From assembly GCA_965203805.1 (NCBI GenBank), contig OZ241917.1:736001-800000 (forward strand): a DNA stretch of 64,000 nucleotides. Direction: 5' to 3'. The DNA comes from Candidatus Latescibacterota bacterium. GTDB lineage: Bacteria; Latescibacterota; UBA2968; GCA-2709665. Within the stretch, counting starts at the first letter, position 1, and each line of letters begins with the position of its first letter. Positions 60,731-64,000 of the stretch are shown piece after piece. Below the pieces are notes generated by a model. The model had not been told where the DNA came from and did no database searches. It worked only from the letters and a program-made list of their open reading frames with translations. A program made the position numbers and the translations under genes.

Positions 60731-62985
60731 TGTCCAATCCTCGTTTCGAGAGACTGTCGCCCGTCCCCGGCCTCGGGCTGGAGGGCTACGCCGACGAGAT
60801 GACGATCCCGGCCGGAGCGGAAATCGCGTTCAAGCTGGGCGGACCGCCAGGTGAGGTGGACGTGAACGTCGCGAGACTGATTCACGGAGACCCCGATTCC
60901 CGCGGACCGGGTTACAGGGAAGAACGTGTCTCGTGGGGGCAGCCGGATCGGGTTGCGGTAGAGGAACGGGCCACGGATTACGGATCGTTTGTCGAGATTC
61001 CACACGCCGCAACCCTGAATCCGGCAGACGCGTTTACCCTGGCGCTCTGGTTTCTGCCGACGCTGGGCGGCGGGGGATGGCGCGCCCTTATGGTGAAGTG
61101 GGCGCGCGAAAATCTGTGCTACGGGATTTTCTTCGCCGGCGAGCGTTTTCTGACCGCTGCCGTGTCTCAGGACGGGAGGAAGACGCACTGGGCAACGGCC
61201 AGAGAGAACATCCATATTGGCAACTGGCAGTTCGCGGCGTTCTCGTACCGCCCGGAACCGGGTGAAATTCGTCTGTACCAGCTGATCGGGGACACCGCGG
61301 GTGTGGTCGAAACCCGTTCGTCTTCCGATGCGCTGAGTTGCATATCGAAGAAAACCGGAACAGGCCCGGTCTTCGCGGGAACCGCGCCGCTGGTGTTCGG
61401 CGCCTGTCCGGACCCAGACCGGAAAGGCAGCCACTGGGCGCATTTTACGGGAAAGATAGGACACCCGGTGCTTTTTGGTACCGCTCTGGATCGGGAGGCG
61501 ATCCATGCCCTCGCGGGGGGACAGGACCCCTCATCCCTCGGCCCGCTGCTGGGTTGCTGGCATCTGGGCGAGGAGGTGACCGGCGCCCGCGTCGTCGATC
61601 TTTCCGGAAACGAGAATCACGGGCACGCCGTAAATGCGCCGGGGCGTGCGGTTACGGGCCCGTTCTGGCGGGGAATGCCATCCCGGCTCTATACCGATCG
61701 GCCCGGGGATTACAACGCGATCTATCTGCACGAAGACGACCTGGAAGACGCAGGATGGCCGACTTCCTTCCTGGCCGAAGTTCCCGCCGACGCCAGGTCA
61801 GGCATCTATACGCTCCGCGCCGAGACGGGTGCGGACACACTCTTCGTTCCGTTCATCGTGACGTCGAAGAAACCGCTGTCGGAACTGGCATGCCTGATCC
61901 CCACGCTTACGTGGCAGGCCTACGGAAGCAACCGCGCGGCGTACAGTTTTACGGAAGACGGGGTGCTGGACCGCACCCTGTGCACCTACGACGTTCACAG
62001 CGACGGGTCGATGGTAACCTATTATTCGCGACTGCAGCCCACGCGGGGCTGGAACCCCGGTGCGGGCTTCCAGAACTGGGGCGCGCACAATATCACCGCG
62101 AATCTCTACCTGATTGACTGGCTGGAAGCGCTTGACTTCGAATACGAAGTCTTTGCGGACGAAGACCTGCATCGCGGCGGCGCCGGGCTCCTCTCGAAAT
62201 ATCGGTGTGTAATTCTGGGCAGCCACCCCGAATACCACACTGAAACCATGGTGGACAGCCTAGCCGCGTACGTGCGAAACGGGGGCCGCCTCGTCTATCT
62301 GAGCGGCAATGGCCTGTACTGGGTGATGTCCATCGACTCCCGCCGTCCGCACCTGATCGAACTTCGCCGGGGAGGAGAAGGCGACTACGGCCCCACGTAC
62401 GATCCCCCACCGGGTGAATCCCAGCACAGCACGACGCTCGAACTGGGGGGCCTGTGGGCAAGGCGCGGGCGTCCGCCCCGCAGGACGGTCGGCGTCGAAC
62501 ATGCGTCCAATTCCTGGATAGAAGCCGGAGAAAAAAGGGGATTCCGTCGCCTGCCGTCGAGCAAAGACGCCAGGTACGCGTGGATTTTCAACGGCGTCGG
62601 TGACGATGAGGCCATCGGAGACTTCGGCCTGAATCTGGGCAGCGCGGCCGGATTTGAAATGGATGCCGTGCAGTCCTGGGCATGGGACGAGTCCACACCC
62701 GAACCCGTGGTACTCGCACGGGCGGCGCATCCCGGATTCACCCCCGCCCGTCGCACGCACGTTCCGCCCACCGCGGACATGGCCATTATGGTATATCCGG
62801 GGGGAGGCGCGGTCTTTTCGGCGGGTTCCGTAACCTGGACCGGAAGCCTCTCCCACAATGATTATCGGAACAATGTTTCCGCCATCACCCGAAACGTGAT
62901 TCGCAGATTTCTGGAAGCGCCCGAAGGAGGCACGGTGCTCGAAGGCGCCGTTGATACATCACCGCCGGGCGCATCCTGGACATGA
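60730..62985 (+). CDS. N,N-dimethylformamidase large (beta) subunit family protein with LamG-like insert
   Basis: GYAD, L.HGD, H.DDL.DAGW, SGIY, PTLTWQAY, YD.HSDGS, GSHPEY, YLSGNG.YW, AAGFEMD, GAVFSAGS..W; GTG start inferred. Confidence 0.85.
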   Translation: MSNPRFERLSPVPGLGLEGYADEMTIPAGAEIAFKLGGPPGEVDVNVARLIHGDPDSRGPGYREERVSWGQPDRVAVEERATDYGSFVEIPHAATLNPADAFTLALWFLPTLGGGGWRALMVKWARENLCYGIFFAGERFLTAAVSQDGRKTHWATARENIHIGNWQFAAFSYRPEPGEIRLYQLIGDTAGVVETRSSSDALSCISKKTGTGPVFAGTAPLVFGACPDPDRKGSHWAHFTGKIGHPVLFGTALDREAIHALAGGQDPSSLGPLLGCWHLGEEVTGARVVDLSGNENHGHAVNAPGRAVTGPFWRGMPSRLYTDRPGDYNAIYLHEDDLEDAGWPTSFLAEVPADARSGIYTLRAETGADTLFVPFIVTSKKPLSELACLIPTLTWQAYGSNRAAYSFTEDGVLDRTLCTYDVHSDGSMVTYYSRLQPTRGWNPGAGFQNWGAHNITANLYLIDWLEALDFEYEVFADEDLHRGGAGLLSKYRCVILGSHPEYHTETMVDSLAAYVRNGGRLVYLSGNGLYWVMSIDSRRPHLIELRRGGEGDYGPTYDPPPGESQHSTTLELGGLWARRGRPPRRTVGVEHASNSWIEAGEKRGFRRLPSSKDARYAWIFNGVGDDEAIGDFGLNLGSAAGFEMDAVQSWAWDESTPEPVVLARAAHPGFTPARRTHVPPTADMAIMVYPGGGAVFSAGSVTWTGSLSHNDYRNNVSAITRNVIRRFLEAPEGGTVLEGAVDTSPPGASWT

Positions 62986-63016
62986 ATGGTGACGTCACAC
63001 GGGAGAGCACGATCCC

Positions 63017-64000
63017 ATGAAAGCCGTACATTCAGAAGCCCCCCGGGACCTGATGCAGCGCCTGGACGAAGACGGAGTCATATGCGCAGAGGGATATCTG
63101 TTTGAACTCGAGCGTCGAGGGTATCTGCAGGCGGGCCCTTTCGTGCCTGAAGTCGTGCTGGAGCATCCCGAGGTCGTCGCGGGGTTGCATCGGGAATTCT
63201 GGCGCGCGGGTTCGGACGTGATCGAGGCGTTTACCTATTACGGACACCGCGAAAAGCTGCGACTTATCGGCAAGGAACACCTTCTGGAACCCCTGCAGAA
63301 GCGCGCGCTGGCGATCGCGAAATCGGTAGCCGCCTCGGTCGACGGAGAACCCCCGCTGGTTGCCGGAAATATCTGCAATACCAACGTCTGGGATCCGGCC
63401 GATCGCGCGACCGACGCTCAGATTTCGGAGATGTTCGACGAACAGGTAGCCTGGGCGGCCGATGCCGGCGTCGATTTCATGATTGCCGAGACTTACTCCT
63501 TTTTCGGCGAGGCCGCACTGGCGTTGAAAGCCATCAAGCGCGCCGGCATGACGGCGGTGGTGACGTTTGCCCACCATCGGGAGAAAGGGCTGCGGGACGG
63601 CGTCCTGCTTGATGAGGCCGCAAAACGTCTGGAACAGGCCGGCGCCGAGGTGGTGGGGGTAAACTGCACCAGAGGGCCGCAGACGATGTTGCCCGACGTG
63701 GAACGCATTCGGCGTGCGGTATCCTGTCACGTGGCGGCATTGCCGGTGCCGTATCGAACCACTGAGGACCAGCCCACGTTTCAGGCGCTCCGGGAGGCGG
63801 GTTCCGAACCTCTTCCCGAGGGGCGTTCGTTTCCGACGGCTTTGGATCCCTTTACCTGCCACCGGTACGAAATGGCCGCGTTTGCTCGTCGGGCCTTCGA
63901 AATGGGTGTCCGGTACCTGGGTGTCTGCTGCGGGTCCGGACCCCATCACGTCCGATCCATCGCCGAAGAACTGGGGCGAACCCCGCCGGCCAGCCAATAC
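63017..64000 (+). CDS. Betaine-homocysteine methyltransferase-like protein (3' truncated; absent from ORF track)
   Basis: Manual translation: ICAEGYLFELERRGYLQAGPFVPEVVLEHPE, AGSDVIEAFTYY, VGVNC, LGVCCG; frame runs off the window end. Confidence 0.9.
   Translation, partial: MKAVHSEAPRDLMQRLDEDGVICAEGYLFELERRGYLQAGPFVPEVVLEHPEVVAGLHREFWRAGSDVIEAFTYYGHREKLRLIGKEHLLEPLQKRALAIAKSVAASVDGEPPLVAGNICNTNVWDPADRATDAQISEMFDEQVAWAADAGVDFMIAETYSFFGEAALALKAIKRAGMTAVVTFAHHREKGLRDGVLLDEAAKRLEQAGAEVVGVNCTRGPQTMLPDVERIRRAVSCHVAALPVPYRTTEDQPTFQALREAGSEPLPEGRSFPTALDPFTCHRYEMAAFARRAFEMGVRYLGVCCGSGPHHVRSIAEELGRTPPASQY

Noticed and set aside
63032-63997. 321-aa minus-strand ORF
   Set aside because: It is the antisense shadow of the plus-strand BHMT-like gene that runs off the window.

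Overview
A 64 kb GC-rich bacterial chromosomal segment. Its phylum cannot be fixed from the sequence; the secreted lamin-tail/FlgD-type protein and the lptC-lptA-lptB-rpoN block suggest a diderm FCB/Latescibacterota-like lineage, which is inference only. A housekeeping core (apt, ruvX, mltG, pcrA, gatC, pyrG, lptCAB, rpoN, HU/IHF, tRNA-Gly, tRNA-Arg) is embedded among many catabolic enzymes. The best-supported non-obvious features are five. (1) The ORF track splits a selenocysteine-containing NAD-linked formate dehydrogenase alpha subunit at an in-frame TGA that is followed by a canonical SECIS. (2) Downstream lies a candidate uncharacterised methyl-transfer/N-formyl catabolic cluster: a homocysteine-methyltransferase::SAM-methyltransferase fusion, two SDRs, a dimethylformamidase large subunit and a BHMT-like enzyme missing from the ORF track. 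(3) An IS630 plus an abutting MITE with the same ends sits exactly at the overlapping stop/start junction inside that cluster, and two more degenerate MITE copies occur elsewhere. (4) A perfect sigma-54 promoter precedes a 1463-aa secreted protein with five Ca-motif lamin-tail repeats. (5) There is also a divergent HPPD/VOC-like orphan metalloenzyme, a candidate structured ncRNA and an atypical pyrG. All family calls come from motif recognition by eye; no searches were run.
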